Shown: piece after piece, positions 34,187 to 35,978 of the stretch
Position numbering within the stretch: position 1 is the stretch's first letter
Layout: each line of letters starts with the position of its first letter
NCBI RefSeq assembly: GCF_001194135.2
Contig: NC_068989.1
Span: forward strand, 15,420,997-15,456,974
DNA length: 35,978 bases
Source of the DNA: Octopus bimaculoides
Lineage: Eukaryota
Direction of reading: 5' to 3'
The notes under the pieces: model-generated
Told to the model about the DNA's origin: nothing
Databases searched by the model: none
The model's input: only the letters and a program-made list of their open reading frames with translations
Program-made: the position numbers and the translations under genes

Positions 34187-35110
34187 NNNNNNNNNNNNNN
34201 NNNNNNNNNNNNNNNNNNNNNNNNNNNNNNNNNNNNNNNNNNNNNNNNNNNNNNNNNNNNNNNNNNNNNNNNNNNNNNNNNNNNNNNNNNNNNNNNNNNN
34301 NNNNNNNNNNNNNNNNNNNNNNNNNNNNNNNNNNNNNNNNNNNNNNNNNNNNNNNNNNNNNNNNNNNNNNNNNNNNNNNNNNNNNNNNNNNNNNNNNNNN
34401 NNNNNNNNNNNNNNNNNNNNNNNNNNNNNNNNNNNNNNNNNNNNNNNNNNNNNNNNNNNNNNNNNNNNNNNNNNNNNNNNNNNNNNNNNNNNNNNNNNNN
34501 NNNNNNNNNNNNNNNNNNNNNNNNNNNNNNNNNNNNNNNNNNNNNNNNNNNNNNNNNNNNNNNNNNNNNNNNNNNNNNNNNNNNNNNNNNNNNNNNNNNN
34601 NNNNNNNNNNNNNNNNNNNNNNNNNNNNNNNNNNNNNNNNNNNNNNNNNNNNNNNNNNNNNNNNNNNNNNNNNNNNNNNNNNNNNNNNNNNNNNNNNNNN
34701 NNNNNNNNNNNNNNNNNNNNNNNNNNNNNNNNNNNNNNNNNNNNNNNNNNNNNNNNNNNNNNNNNNNNNNNNNNNNNNNNNNNNNNNNNNNNNNNNNNNN
34801 NNNNNNNNNNNNNNNNNNNNNNNNNNNNNNNNNNNNNNNNNNNNNNNNNNNNNNNNNNNNNNNNNNNNNNNNNNNNNNNNNNNNNNNNNNNNNNNNNNNN
34901 NNNNNNNNNNNNNNNNNNNNNNNNNNNNNNNNNNNNNNNNNNNNNNNNNNNNNNNNNNNNNNNNNNNNNNNNNNNNNNNNNNNNNNNNNNNNNNNNNNNN
35001 NNNNNNNNNNNNNNNNNNNNNNNNNNNNNNNNNNNNNNNNNNNNNNNNNNNNNNNNNNNNNNNNNNNNNNNNNNNNNNNNNNNNNNNNNNNNNNNNNNNN
35101 NNNNNNNNNN

Positions 35111-35281
35111 GGCGGCCATGCTGGGACACCGCGTTGAAGAATTTTTAGTCGAATTAATCAACTTCAGTATTTAATTTTTTTTCCTAAGTCTGGTAGTTAT
35201 TCTGTTGGTTTCTTTTGCTTTGTCGAACTGATAAGTTACAGGAACGTAAACACATCAGCAACGGTTGTCAAGCGTTGGTGT

Positions 35282-35355
<74 letters not shown>

Positions 35356-35620
35356 CGATGGGCTTTTAGTTTGCGTCTAACAGATCCACTCACAAGGTTT
35401 TGGTTTGCCTAAGGTTATACTAAAAGCCACTTGCCAAAGGTGCCACGCAGTGGGATTGAACCCGGAACCATGAATAACTGAATGGATATAGTTACGCGTA
35501 AATAGAGCGAGAAAAAAACTAAACAAAAATCAAGTTTAAGCATAAATAAATAAATGGATAAAACGACTGAAAAGTGGTTGGGAAGCATGCTTCATACACC
35601 ACAGCCACACCAGCACCTAT
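35111..35620 (-). mobile_element. SINE family B, head split by a ~100 bp insertion (35473-35573)
   Basis: Tail, (CA)n(TA)n, head ..CCCGGAACCATG / insertion / GTGGTTGGGAAGC..CCACAGCCAC. Confidence 0.85.
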
Positions 35621-35864
35621 ACACACACACACACACACATATATATAAATATAATGAATACACACACACACGCACACACACATTTGAGTTCCTTTGAGCG
35701 TGATTGTTTATGTGGGCTCATGGAACTGTCCAGCGCTACTTGACTAAAATGGAAATGTTATCCCTGAGGGACCATAAGTCACTTTCTGTGTTTACCTTTA
35801 CTTTGTATATATATATATATATTTTATTACCGTCTTCTTCTTATTATTCCCGTCTTTGATCACC

Positions 35865-35978
<114 letters not shown>

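Noticed and set aside
2431-35174. Long ORFs rich in X, VC/TH or YI runs
   Set aside because: They are read-through of N-gaps and dinucleotide microsatellites, not coding sequence.

Overview
AT-rich, repeat-saturated eukaryotic (animal) DNA from a gapped short-read scaffold; 8 N-gaps, nearly all flanked by microsatellites. The repeat families resemble those of octopus/coleoid cephalopods (my recognition, not a database result). I can support no intact host gene, and there is no prokaryotic system or CRISPR array. Most long ORFs in the track are artefacts of Ns, microsatellites or antisense TE reading. The window holds: three tRNA-type SINE families (A, B, C), of which family B carries an internal microsatellite; a (CAA)n-tailed retroposon 3' end; at least six R4/Dong-like RLE non-LTR fragments; an RTE-like LINE 3' end; two different Penelope-like GIY-YIG remnants in tandem; two Tc1/mariner remnants, one a fold-back of two 5' ends; and a hAT remnant. 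The best leads are RNA-structural: a minimal Penelope-type hammerhead-like motif with a variant core (33634-33669), and two long palindromes with unrelated arms (16248-16560, 20471-20709) that share a leader containing the hammerhead GAAAC-palindrome-GUA half. In the first palindrome a complete hammerhead-like topology can be drawn. A weak exon-like cluster at 5101-6154 is the only candidate host-gene trace.
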